Origin: Firmicutes bacterium UBA3738
Lineage (GTDB): Bacteria > Bacillota > Clostridia > Peptostreptococcales > Anaerovoracaceae
NCBI GenBank assembly: GCA_002372505.1
Contig: DFGY01000062.1
Coordinates: 28,322-92,321, forward strand
Direction: 5' to 3'
Length of the DNA stretch: 64,000 bases
The notes beneath the pieces were generated by a model, which saw nothing but the letters and a program-made list of their open reading frames with translations, was not told the DNA's origin and searched no databases. Both the position numbers and the translations under genes were made by a program. Position 1 is the stretch's first letter. Each line of letters starts with the position of its first letter. Below, one piece after another: positions 1 through 9,140 of the stretch.

Positions 1-39
1 TCTCGCAAATGCTTTTCTTTTTGCATACGGAATAATCAT
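1..39 (-). CDS. 5' end of a gene running off the left edge (partial)
   Basis: Minus-strand ATG at 37-39 with GGAGGG (complement of 47-52) 7 nt upstream. Only 13 codons are visible. Confidence 0.3.
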   Translation of the reverse strand, partial: MIIPYAKRKAFAR

Positions 40-446
40 TTTCTTTCCCTCCAAGATTACTCTAATGACTTTTATTTATTCGCTTTTTTATTCCCTAAAA
101 AGCTATATGCTTTTCTGTGGGTCACTCACATTTTTACTATTCTGTGAGTTGATATTCTATTTGCTTTCTTTATGAATGCTCGTCCATATAAAAACAAAGA
201 TACACATGCCTTATCTGCACATCGTATCCCTTCTATTTCCCCCTTGCAATATTGAAAACACTCGTTTCCTTTTATAATTCGTATTTAGTGTATCATATTT
301 GTCAAATAATTAAAAGAAGTATTATTTGACTTTTTTGTTTGGTACTATGCTTGATATCGGTATGTGTCATTACCTTTTACTAACTTTGGTATACCTCTGA
401 TCCTCAGATAAAAAATGCTTGCCCTCGCTTGTTATATTAAGCAACA

Positions 447-470
447 GGAGATCCAATGATTTGGATCTCC
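447..470 (-). terminator. Hairpin downstream of the giant surface-protein gene
   Basis: Perfect 10-bp stem GGAGATCCAA / TTGGATCTCC with a 4-nt loop, 43 nt past the stop at 513. The T-tract is weak. Confidence 0.45.
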
Positions 471-512
471 TGAACTTGATTTAAGAGTAAGTTTTAATAG
501 ATTACTTCTGCT

Positions 513-3500
513 CTATTTCACAGTTACTTTGACTGTCTTGGCTATGCCGTTCTGAGCTATTACGTAGATCATCGCGGTGCCCTTTGTCTTGGCTGTAAGC
601 TTACCCTTTGCGTTTACTGTCACTACCTTCGGGTTCGTTGATTCGAAGCGGATATTTACGTGCTTTCTAACTTTGGTCTTCTTAGCCTTCTTTATTGTCG
701 CCTTGAGCTTTGTGCTCTTAACGAGTGCCTTAGGTGTGCTTCCGGCTTTGAGAGTGACTTTCGAAGTCTTCTTCCACTTTTTGATCTTCTTGCCGGCTTT
801 GTTGACCTTAGCTTTTGCTATCACGCTCTTCGGATTTGCCTTCTTCTTGCTGCCCTTTGTTGCTACGTGAACCACTTTGGAAGTCGATACCACGGTATCG
901 TTCTTATCGAGAGCAACCATGATGAACTTGTAATAAGTCTTCTTCTTGAGTTTCTTTCCGGCTATCTTCTTGACATTCAATGTATTCTTTGAAGCACCGA
1001 GCGTCTTGATCTTCTTAAACTTGTTCTTCTTTCCACAGGCGTTCCCGTAAATGACGTATTTCTTTGTTCCTTTTACTTTCTTCCATGTGAGATTTACACT
1101 CTTCTTTGTCTGCTTTGTTGACTTAAGCTTGAGCGGTGCGTATTTTGATCCTGCAGGATCCTTATCGCTCTTTGCTTTCAGTATAGCATTTTCAGCCACA
1201 TCTGCTGAAGCACCCTTTCCAACAGCTGTTCCGTCTTCGCCCTTCTTGCGTGTCTTATCGTCCTTCTTACCAGATTCTTTCTTACCTGGCTTTTTGGCTG
1301 CATCGTATGTTTCCTTTGCCTTCTTTATAGCAGCAACTGCATCATCAACCTGCTGCTGTGTAGATTTCGGGCTGTCCAATACAGCCTGTGCTTTTTCAAT
1401 GGCGTCATCTAAAGCCTTCTTTTCTGCCGGTGTTGTGTACCTGTCAGCAGGGTCAACATCCTTTCCGTCAGCGGATGTCTTAACTCCGTTTTCTGCATCC
1501 TTCGCTGCTTTGATAGCATTGCTAAGCGGTGTTGGATCGACCTTACCTGTGGAGCGTGTCTCAGTGTGGTCTTTATTATTAGCGCACACGCGTGTCTCTT
1601 CTCCTTCTGCACCGATGGTGGCAGGAGTAGTTTCTTTCCAGTCGCCCCATTCATGGTCTTTCCATATTGCCTTTACGGTCGTGTTTGCTGTTATGGTGAC
1701 TTTGTCTCCGGGTTGCTTCTTTTCGGCATCATTGGTGCCAACCTGAACTTCCCAGGCCTCCAGATCGCACTTTCCTTCCGGTGCAGTGAATGTGCTTTCA
1801 GGAAGCTCGTAGTCTGTATTCTCCTCTACTTCTTTGGCATCCATGTTTCCTGAACCGCCATTGGCATCAAATGATACCTTGTACTGATTTACATTCCATT
1901 TGGCAATCAGCTTCATATCATCTGTAACGGGAGTGGATTCGATATCCCACGGAGCACCATCCTCTGTAGTCCATTCGAACTCATGGTCTTCCTTTACCGG
2001 TTTTCTGACGTCGTCAGCTATTTTGCCGATAGGCTTGTTGTATTCAACATTCTGGCTTCCCAGTTCTTCTTCACCGTTGTAATAGGTTACTTTATACTCA
2101 CGGGGAACTACCTTCGCGTACAGGTGGATATTCTCAGCTATAGGTGTTGAGAAATCAAATGGGGTTTCTAAACTTTCATCCGTGAACCAGCATGTATCCG
2201 CAGTTTCTTTACTGTAGAGCTTATATGCTTTCAGCAGATCCAGGCCTGCAAGTTCATACAGATCTTCCGTCGGATCGTAAGCTTTAGAACCATTCTCCGC
2301 CTTATAGCTATCCTCATACACGCCTTCATCTGTCGGATCATTCTCATCAGGATCCCATTTCAGCGTGTACGTTACAGTGTGTTTATTCTCATCTTCACTC
2401 CATTTCGCATAAAGTGTTGTGTCTTCCGTCAACGCTGATGATTTCAGATACGGCTTTGTGCAATCCTTGTCCGTGAACCAACCGCCAAAGAAATATCCAT
2501 CTATTGATGGCTCATTATCAAGCTTCGTAGGTGTGCCACCGTATGCTACCTTTTCCTCTTCCGGAACGCCGGTTGCTGTTTCGCCTTCCGGTGCATTGCC
2601 ATCGTATTTTACTGTTACCTGAGCAAAGTTTGCCAGAATCGCAACATCTGCATCCGGCATTGTGAAGGAATATTTATTGTCACCTATCTTGTTTGGTGTG
2701 AACGATTCGCCAACCGATGAATCCGATTTGACCGGAATCGCCATAATCTCTTTTAGACCATATCCGTTCGCCGGTGTAACAGTCAAGGTAACGAGTTTTC
2801 CGTATTCTACTTCCTTGTAGCTGTACTTGTAACCTTTTCCTTCTTCTGTAACTTCATCAACTTCATCGCCTTCTTCTATTTTTATGGAACCGTTCGCGGT
2901 GGGCGCAACCTTTACTTCCGTTTGCTCTACCCCGTCTTCATCTACAAAAGATTCTTCTCCTAGAGTAAAGTCAATAGCCATGGCGGCTGCCGTGTACTTG
3001 TTAGCAGTCCACTTAGCATACAGTACCAGATTATCATTAACGGTCGCACCGAAATCGTAGGCATTGTTGCAAGCCTTGTCGGTGAACCAACCTTCAAAGG
3101 TATAGCCAGTAGCTGTAGGAACTTGCGGAACCTTCACCGACGCACCAGCTGGAACGTTTTGCTTTTCAGGTGCGCCGCCATGGCCATTCACGTTGAACTG
3201 CACGGAATACAAGTCACGTTTGTCCACATGACTTTCATCTTTTTTGCATACGCGCTGTTGCTCGCCCTTCTCATTACCTGAAGGCTCCTTGGTGGTAGTC
3301 CAATCGCCCCAGTCATGACCGGTTGCATTGATGAGGACATCTTCCTCTTGGACCTCGCTTTTACCTTCGGCGTCAGAGAAGTACTTGCCGCAATCTGTGC
3401 ATCTGTAGTGCTCTTTCCATCCGTAATTGTCACAAGTCGGATCTTTCGCATCGTAATGCATAAGGTCGTGTTCCGTGGCTGTAACGGTAAGCCATTCCGC

Positions 3501-5870
3501 CTTATTTTGGTCATTTACAGGGTAAACCTTATTACCCTCGTTATTAATAACGTACGGCCGTACTTTGTATGTGCCCGGCTTGGTGAACGTCACATCACCT
3601 GTGCTGCCATTTACCCGGATGCCTGAGCTTTCCGGCTCACGACTATCCCAGTAAACCTGAGTTTCCAGTATCTTGTCGTCACCATCGGTCACTTCATATG
3701 TAAATTCGTTATGCAGATTGATCGGCTTTTTATAATAGCCGGTATAGCTTCCTTCAGCAGTGACCTTCGGATCGTCCAGCCCAATATTCACAACTTGTAT
3801 TTTCACAATCGGGGTTTCGATATCCGATCCAGCTTCAGCGAAAACCTGACCTTCGGGATGATCTTTCGTCTTTGCTGTTGCACCCGGTTTGAATTTCCAC
3901 GTCATGTAGATTGTGCCGCCGGTCGTATTTTCCTTAGGTTTAAGCTCCTCACCTTCGATTGTAACAGGATCGTCAGACAGCAGGCTTCCATCATCTTCGA
4001 TTACACCATTTTCATCGCAGCGGTTCCATTCACCCCAGTCCGGATTGAATCCATAGAAAGCTACATTGTACTTGTTGTAGCCTTCCAATGGGAAAGAATC
4101 ACGATTCAGCGTGTTGTTGGTGTACAAAACATAATTCGTCTTCGGAGTCCTTACGGAGGCGAGATCGTACAGAGGATAGAGCTCATCCACATTAGAGCTG
4201 GTCTTATCCTGCTCGACTGAAACCTTTCCCGGTGTCTCGTAGAAGTAATTGGTTGACGCAAGACTTTTGAGATCAAACTTGTATTTGTTTAAGTAATTCT
4301 CCACGTCATTCCAGTTGATGCCATTGCTCTTGGTAAACCCGCTTCCGGTGCTGTGAGATTCGAAGGTGCGTCCGTTTGAAGAGTCGTAATTTGCAACCGA
4401 TTTGTTGGTAACAATGCGGCTGTACAGATCGTCAGTTGCGGCACACCCGTAGGATGTGTCTGTCTCATCCTTGGTATCGAACTTTATGACGAGGGACTGC
4501 TTATCGTAAATCGATGGGTTTATGCCACCGTCACCAGCCATACTGACGTCGCCACTTATAGCAAAGAGTGCCACCTTATAGCTTAGGATGACCGGCTGCT
4601 GATAGTTATGAGTGAAAGTGGTAGTTGTTGTCGTCTGAGTGGTATTTGTAGCCGTATGAGGAGGAAGCGAGATAGTAGTCTCAACTGCCTTGCTTACCTC
4701 TTTAGATGTGCTGTGTCCCATTTCGGCACCCATTGCACCGCCCATTTCCCAGGCAGCGCCCCAGTCCATACCTAATGAAAGGGTTGTTGACTCACTATCG
4801 GTGGATGAGCCCATACCAAACGTGTCGTCATCCCAAAAACTCGAATACTCGCTTGTCTCGGTTGTGCTCATACCAATATTAGCACCTATGTTTTGCTGCA
4901 TATTAAAGGATGCCAGACCGGAAAGCGTTGTGCTGGTCGTCTCAGTAACGGAATCTCCCAGCAAAGCGGAATGCATTATATCCTGCTGCTGATTGTTGGT
5001 GATGTCGCTAGAATTGTTGCCTTTTTTAGTTGTTTCGGCATTAGCCCCACAACTAACATATTCAAGATTTTTTGCAGCTACCGGCACAGGTTCAAAGTCA
5101 TAGAATGCTATACCGAAAGACACGTAATCATATTCTTTAGATGCGCCTTTGCAGTTTATGGAAGTCAAGATATTGGTAAAACCTGTCGTCGCAGTGTCGT
5201 CATCCAAGCCGCTAAGTCTGTCTTCGCCATTTTCATCCACGCCCAGGATTTCATCGACTGTGACAGGGCTGCTCTTTTGGATATCATAAATCGCCTGTCC
5301 CATCATTTTGCGTGCATCGGACAGTTTTGAGATCTGCTTTACGCCGGAGACGACAAACTGATCCCAGTTCTGCTCTCCCGCACGGGACGGGTACGTTTGC
5401 TTGAACTTGTCAGCAAGGCTATAGCAGCTCCAATTCTCATCTATGTACTTGCCATTTTCGCCATTTTCGCTTCTGACTCTGTTATAATAGGCATCAAATC
5501 CATCCTTGCTCATGCAGTCGCCATTGTTTAGATGGCCGTAAAGGTCGACCAGCTGGCCCGCCTGATCGCGGAAGATGGAGGTCGCGACTTCACTCCATTG
5601 AGGCAACAGCTTGTTCTTCACGATATTTTGAATGCTGCTGGCGTTTAGTGTGAATGTCGGCTTGCCGGAATCGTTCCCCAAGCTTTTATAGTTGAATTTT
5701 CCATCAAGCTTGAAGGAATCGATTCGCCGACCTTCGTCAAAAATCTTATCTTTCTGTTCCGTGGCTGTCATCTCGCCCGACTCTGTGTCAGCATATGCTG
5801 TAGACATCGGAGCTAGCATGATTGCCACGGCAACCAACATGACTAAAATCAGTTTTTGTCGATTTATCAT
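513..5870 (-). CDS. Giant secreted cell-surface protein (1785 aa) with Listeria-Bacteroides-type (Flg_new) repeats and a C-terminal lysine-rich Fn3-like + Big_2 module
   Basis: N-terminal signal peptide (MINRQKLILVMLVAVAIMLAPMSTAYA). Repeated GYTFEGWFTDK...LYAKW / GYFFGGWFTDK...LYAKW units. C-terminal LTWKKVKGTKKYVIYG segment and VTVNAKGKLTAKTKGTAMIYV Big_2-like end. Confidence 0.85.
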   Translation of the reverse strand: MINRQKLILVMLVAVAIMLAPMSTAYADTESGEMTATEQKDKIFDEGRRIDSFKLDGKFNYKSLGNDSGKPTFTLNASSIQNIVKNKLLPQWSEVATSIFRDQAGQLVDLYGHLNNGDCMSKDGFDAYYNRVRSENGENGKYIDENWSCYSLADKFKQTYPSRAGEQNWDQFVVSGVKQISKLSDARKMMGQAIYDIQKSSPVTVDEILGVDENGEDRLSGLDDDTATTGFTNILTSINCKGASKEYDYVSFGIAFYDFEPVPVAAKNLEYVSCGANAETTKKGNNSSDITNNQQQDIMHSALLGDSVTETTSTTLSGLASFNMQQNIGANIGMSTTETSEYSSFWDDDTFGMGSSTDSESTTLSLGMDWGAAWEMGGAMGAEMGHSTSKEVSKAVETTISLPPHTATNTTQTTTTTTFTHNYQQPVILSYKVALFAISGDVSMAGDGGINPSIYDKQSLVIKFDTKDETDTSYGCAATDDLYSRIVTNKSVANYDSSNGRTFESHSTGSGFTKSNGINWNDVENYLNKYKFDLKSLASTNYFYETPGKVSVEQDKTSSNVDELYPLYDLASVRTPKTNYVLYTNNTLNRDSFPLEGYNKYNVAFYGFNPDWGEWNRCDENGVIEDDGSLLSDDPVTIEGEELKPKENTTGGTIYMTWKFKPGATAKTKDHPEGQVFAEAGSDIETPIVKIQVVNIGLDDPKVTAEGSYTGYYKKPINLHNEFTYEVTDGDDKILETQVYWDSREPESSGIRVNGSTGDVTFTKPGTYKVRPYVINNEGNKVYPVNDQNKAEWLTVTATEHDLMHYDAKDPTCDNYGWKEHYRCTDCGKYFSDAEGKSEVQEEDVLINATGHDWGDWTTTKEPSGNEKGEQQRVCKKDESHVDKRDLYSVQFNVNGHGGAPEKQNVPAGASVKVPQVPTATGYTFEGWFTDKACNNAYDFGATVNDNLVLYAKWTANKYTAAAMAIDFTLGEESFVDEDGVEQTEVKVAPTANGSIKIEEGDEVDEVTEEGKGYKYSYKEVEYGKLVTLTVTPANGYGLKEIMAIPVKSDSSVGESFTPNKIGDNKYSFTMPDADVAILANFAQVTVKYDGNAPEGETATGVPEEEKVAYGGTPTKLDNEPSIDGYFFGGWFTDKDCTKPYLKSSALTEDTTLYAKWSEDENKHTVTYTLKWDPDENDPTDEGVYEDSYKAENGSKAYDPTEDLYELAGLDLLKAYKLYSKETADTCWFTDESLETPFDFSTPIAENIHLYAKVVPREYKVTYYNGEEELGSQNVEYNKPIGKIADDVRKPVKEDHEFEWTTEDGAPWDIESTPVTDDMKLIAKWNVNQYKVSFDANGGSGNMDAKEVEENTDYELPESTFTAPEGKCDLEAWEVQVGTNDAEKKQPGDKVTITANTTVKAIWKDHEWGDWKETTPATIGAEGEETRVCANNKDHTETRSTGKVDPTPLSNAIKAAKDAENGVKTSADGKDVDPADRYTTPAEKKALDDAIEKAQAVLDSPKSTQQQVDDAVAAIKKAKETYDAAKKPGKKESGKKDDKTRKKGEDGTAVGKGASADVAENAILKAKSDKDPAGSKYAPLKLKSTKQTKKSVNLTWKKVKGTKKYVIYGNACGKKNKFKKIKTLGASKNTLNVKKIAGKKLKKKTYYKFIMVALDKNDTVVSTSKVVHVATKGSKKKANPKSVIAKAKVNKAGKKIKKWKKTSKVTLKAGSTPKALVKSTKLKATIKKAKKTKVRKHVNIRFESTNPKVVTVNAKGKLTAKTKGTAMIYVIAQNGIAKTVKVTVK

Positions 5871-6215
5871 TTTCTCCTCCTTAATTTAATAACTTTACAA
5901 TCTTCTAAAATGTTCCTCTTGATTAATACATCTTGACTTAACTTGTACTTATAATTGTATCACTTTTTTTCAGTTCAAACAAATGATAATGCGGGAGTTT
6001 GATACGGGAGCTTGACAGTCGAAAAGCGAAAAAATTTGTCGCACATAAGAAAGGCGGTTAGGTACACATAGCGTGCCCAACCGCCCATTCGCGTCGCACT
6101 TGCATCTGACTTGCTTAGGTCTAGAACTTAGATCAGCCATTTTAGATTATATGAGCCCTTTCTCTTTGGCCAGGTCGTACTTGGCCGCCGCCAGGGAATC
6201 GGCTATTGCCATGGT

Positions 6216-6242
6216 GCGTTTCACGGGGACAGGCTTTTTGTT
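6216..6242. repeat. Dispersed 27-nt element, copy 1 (GCGTTTCACGGGGACAGGCTTTTTGTT)
   Basis: Exact reverse complement of the copy at 12477-12504. Confidence 0.8.
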
Positions 6243-6285
6243 GCACCAGAAAATGTCAAAAGATGAAAAGGGGTCAGACCCCCTG

Positions 6286-7011
6286 TCACCTTTTTTTCGG
6301 TGCCGGGTCGGTGAGCTCCGGAATGGCTCCTCCGGCAACTGCCCAGAAATATAGGCTGGCTACGCTGCAGTACGGTGAAAGTCTGCGGCGGTACTTTTCG
6401 AATTTTTTCTTGTCCAACTCGCGATGGCGGTAGACCATTCTCATTCCTCGGCGGATAGCCAAGTCGCCGTAGCTTAGAATGTCCGGACGCTGCAGGCAGA
6501 AGAGAAGCAGCATCTCCGCAGTCCACACACCGATTCCTTTAAGAGCGGAAAGCGCCTCAATGGCTTCTTCATCACTCATGTCTTTCAGCGCTTTGATGTC
6601 GAACTCGCCGGAGTGAACCTTCCCGGCAAAATCCTTGATGTACTCTACCTTCCGGAAAGACAGGCCGACTGATTGTAGCTCCTCGTTAGTCAGCGCACAA
6701 ATCTGATCGGCTGTGACCAGCGCTCGGGAACCCTCGACTGCTGCTGTTTCTGATGTATTGGGCTCTATTCCTGACTGCCCTCGTTTATCGTCCGAAAGCA
6801 GGTTGAGAAACCTGTTCCAAATTGTGACCTGCGCTTTTGTCGAAATCTGCTGACCTACAATCTGGTGTACCACAGACGTAAAAAGATCAGGCTCCGTGCG
6901 CCTCTTAATCGGCCCGACCTTATCTATTATTTCCGCAAGCTTCTTGTCCTTGCTCTTCAGATATTCAATTTCATTTTCGCCATATTTGAAATACATAACT
7001 TTATTATACAC
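6286..7011 (-). CDS. DNA-3-methyladenine glycosylase II family protein (HhH-GPD, AlkA-like)
   Basis: HhH motif LKGIGVWTAEM followed by the YGDLAIRRG Asp region. Length and layout are typical of AlkA-type glycosylases. The stop TGA lies inside a GGTGACAGGGGG hairpin. Confidence 0.8.
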   Translation of the reverse strand: MYNKVMYFKYGENEIEYLKSKDKKLAEIIDKVGPIKRRTEPDLFTSVVHQIVGQQISTKAQVTIWNRFLNLLSDDKRGQSGIEPNTSETAAVEGSRALVTADQICALTNEELQSVGLSFRKVEYIKDFAGKVHSGEFDIKALKDMSDEEAIEALSALKGIGVWTAEMLLLFCLQRPDILSYGDLAIRRGMRMVYRHRELDKKKFEKYRRRLSPYCSVASLYFWAVAGGAIPELTDPAPKKR

Positions 7012-7015
7012 GACT

Positions 7016-7042
7016 GCGTTTCACAGGGACAGGCTTTTTGTT
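7016..7042. repeat. Dispersed 27-nt element, copy 2 (GCGTTTCACAGGGACAGGCTTTTTGTT)
   Basis: One mismatch to copy 1. Sits immediately left of the 84-bp tandem array. Confidence 0.8.
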
Positions 7043-7056
7043 CCGCCCAGGTGTCA

Positions 7057-7440
7057 GCGCGGCATGTTTGTAATGTTTTTTAGGAGAAACATGTCGCTGA
7101 GGTCCCGCTCTGGCTGCTGGTCGATTGGCAGTCCTGGTTTTGCGACATGTTTGCAGTGATTTCTTAGGTGAAACATGTCGCTGAGGCCCTGCTCTGGCTG
7201 TTGGTCGATTGTCAGTCCTGACTTTGCGACATGTTTGCAGTGATTTCTTAGGTGAAACATGTCGCTGATGTCCTGCTCTGGCTGTTGGTCGATTGTCAGT
7301 CCTGACTTTGCGACACGTTTGCAGTGATTTCTTAGGACAAACGTGTCGCTGAGGTTCTGCTCTGGCTGATCTCCGGTTGCCTGCCCTGTCTTAGCGACAT
7401 GTTTGTGCTCGTTTTTGATTGCAAACATGTCGGCACGCTC
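7057..7440. repeat. Tandem repeat, about 4.5 units of 84 bp, each holding an 11-bp-stem hairpin
   Basis: GCGAC unit starts at 7142, 7226, 7310 and 7394 (period 84 each), with a diverged first unit from 7057. Arms are GCGACATGTTT / AAACATGTCGC around an 18-nt loop. Confidence 0.9.
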
Positions 7441-7465
7441 TTGTCTTGGCTATCCGCCGCCCACT

Positions 7466-7509
7466 CAAAAGAGACAGGCTGTTTCAAAAGACCTGTCCCT
7501 GTGTAGCGC
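7466..7509. repeat. Dispersed element, inverted and extended copy (GAGACAGGCTGTTTCAAAAGACCTGTCCCTGTGTAGCGC)
   Basis: The right end CCTGTCCCTGTGTAGCGC is close to the reverse complement of copy 2. It also contains a GACAGG...CCTGTC inverted repeat. Confidence 0.7.
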
Positions 7510-7658
7510 TCTATGGAACGCTCCTTATTCCGCTCGGCGAAGCCCGCTGCTGCCCGCCGGCCCCAACCCCAGCCGGCGAAGGCAGCTATAGAGCGAGGCT
7601 GAGCCGTAAGCGGAATCCAAGAGCCCAGTTGAGGGCGATTGGATATGCATTGCCAAAC

Positions 7659-7702
7659 CAAAAGAGACAGGCTGTTTCAAAAAGCCTGTCCCTGTGTAAC
7701 GC
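7659..7702. repeat. Dispersed element, second inverted and extended copy
   Basis: CAAAAGAGACAGGCTGTTTCAAAAAGCCTGTCCCTGTGTAACGC, near-identical to 7466-7509. Confidence 0.7.
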
Positions 7703-7715
7703 TGTCAGATGTTGG

Positions 7716-7749
7716 CAAAAGGTGACAAGAGAACCGTCCCCCTGTCATC
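7716..7749 (-). terminator. Rho-independent terminator of tyrS
   Basis: Minus strand reads GATGACAGGGGGACGGTTCTCTTGTCACC followed by TTTTG. The hairpin starts at the stop codon. Confidence 0.7.
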
Positions 7750-9079
7750 AAATCTCGACGATGTGCTTTTTCTTTTTGCCTTTTTCGACGAGGAGTTTGC
7801 CGTCTTCGAACATGTCGGTTGTGACGGTGGCTTTGCGGTCGGTGATTTTCTGGCCGCCGATGGTGACGCCGCCCTGGTCGATGGTGCGGAAGGCTTCGCT
7901 GTTGGAGTCTGCCAGACCCAGCTTGTTCAGTAGGGCTGCGACGCCGTAGCCTTCGCCTTCAAATTCGGAAGCGTCCATCTTTGTGGTGGGCATGTTTGCG
8001 CTCATGCCACCGCCGCCAAATGCAGCGCGGGCGCCTTCCTGGGCTTTTGTTGCTTCTTCTTCGCCGTGTACCAGCTTGGTTACTTCAAAGGCCAGTACTT
8101 CCTTGGCGTGATTTATTTCCTGACCTTCCAGTGCGGAGAGGCGGTTAACCTCGTCCATGGGAAGGAATGTGAGCATTCTCAGGCACTTGTTTACGTCTGC
8201 GTCCTCTACGTTTCTCCAGTACTGGTAGAAGTCGTAGGGGGTAGTCCTGGAGCCGTCCAGCCACAGTGCACCGGCCTGGGTCTTGCCCATCTTCTGGCCT
8301 GTGCTGGTTGTGAGCAGAGCCATGGTCATGCCGTATACCTGCTTCTGGCAGGCCTTACGTGTCAGCTCGACGCCGGCGATAATGTTGGACCACTGGTCGT
8401 TGCCGCCGAACTGCATCTTTATGTCGATGTCGCGGGCCATTACCATGAAGTCGTAGCCCTGCATGAGCATGTAGTTGAATTCGAAGAATGAGAGACCGTT
8501 TTCTCTCGCCATTCTCTGCTTGAATGCCTCGGCCTGAAGCATTGTGTTTACGTTAAAGTGTGTGCCGATTTCGCGGACGAATTCGACGTAGTTGAGGGGT
8601 CTGAGCCACTCTGCGTTGTTTACGGAAATGGCCATGCCCGGCTCGGGAGTTTTGTTCTCTTTGCCCGGCTGGTATACGCCATTGTTGCCTTCATACTTCC
8701 ACTCGTCGTCGAAGTCCAGGAAGCGCTCGAAGAGCTTCTTGAACTGGGCGCAGTTGTCGTCGATTGTCTGTACGTCCATAACCTGGCGCATGTCGGTTCT
8801 GCCGGAAGGGTCGCCTACCATGCCGGTGCCGCCGCCCAGAAGAACTACAGGTGTGTGGCCGTACTTCTGCATGTACATCATGATGATGATCTGCATGAAG
8901 TGTCCTACGTGAAGGCAGTCCGCTGTCGGGTCGAAGCCTATGTAGAATTTGATTTTCTCTTTTCCGAGAAGGTCTCTGATTTCCTCTTCATGGGTGCACT
9001 GCTCAATGAAGCCGCGCTCCATGAGGACGTCGAAAACGTTTTCTTTATCGCTTACGCTATCGGGAATAAAGTTTTTCAT
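7748..9079 (-). CDS. tyrS: Tyrosine--tRNA ligase
   Basis: Class I motifs HVGH (..CLHVGHFMQ..) and KMGKT (KMSKS equivalent), plus a C-terminal S4-like domain. ATG confirmed at 9077-9079. Confidence 0.93.
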   Translation of the reverse strand: MKNFIPDSVSDKENVFDVLMERGFIEQCTHEEEIRDLLGKEKIKFYIGFDPTADCLHVGHFMQIIIMMYMQKYGHTPVVLLGGGTGMVGDPSGRTDMRQVMDVQTIDDNCAQFKKLFERFLDFDDEWKYEGNNGVYQPGKENKTPEPGMAISVNNAEWLRPLNYVEFVREIGTHFNVNTMLQAEAFKQRMARENGLSFFEFNYMLMQGYDFMVMARDIDIKMQFGGNDQWSNIIAGVELTRKACQKQVYGMTMALLTTSTGQKMGKTQAGALWLDGSRTTPYDFYQYWRNVEDADVNKCLRMLTFLPMDEVNRLSALEGQEINHAKEVLAFEVTKLVHGEEEATKAQEGARAAFGGGGMSANMPTTKMDASEFEGEGYGVAALLNKLGLADSNSEAFRTIDQGGVTIGGQKITDRKATVTTDMFEDGKLLVEKGKKKKHIVEI

Positions 9080-9140
9080 TTATCTGTTTTGCCCGGCGCT
9101 ATTGCCGGAGCAAATTCTCCTTTCTATTTTTTGCTATAAC

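Noticed and set aside
6073-6526. Several 60-100-aa ORFs in the alkA-like 3' region and the intergenic DNA at 6.07-6.5 kb
   Set aside because: They overlap each other, the glycosylase gene and the repeat/hairpin elements. None has an RBS or recognisable motif.
7054-7428. A 124-aa minus-strand ORF with a 28-aa repeating peptide (..SDMFHLRNHCKHVAKSGLTIDQQPEQ..) running through the 84-bp array
   Set aside because: There is no RBS before the ATG at 7428. The period happens to be divisible by 3, so any frame open in one unit stays open across near-identical units, and one open frame out of six over 84 nt is expected by chance. The arm-arm compensatory change argues for hairpin or palindrome constraint rather than coding.
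7057-7440. CRISPR array interpretation of the tandem repeats
   Set aside because: The entire 84-bp period is conserved with no variable spacers. No cas genes are nearby, and the repeat architecture (11-bp stem, 18-nt loop, conserved linker) is wrong for CRISPR.
9080-9140. T-box leader upstream of tyrS
   Set aside because: Only 61 nt separate upp and tyrS, too short for a T-box, and no specifier/T-box motif is visible. tyrS appears to be co-transcribed with upp.
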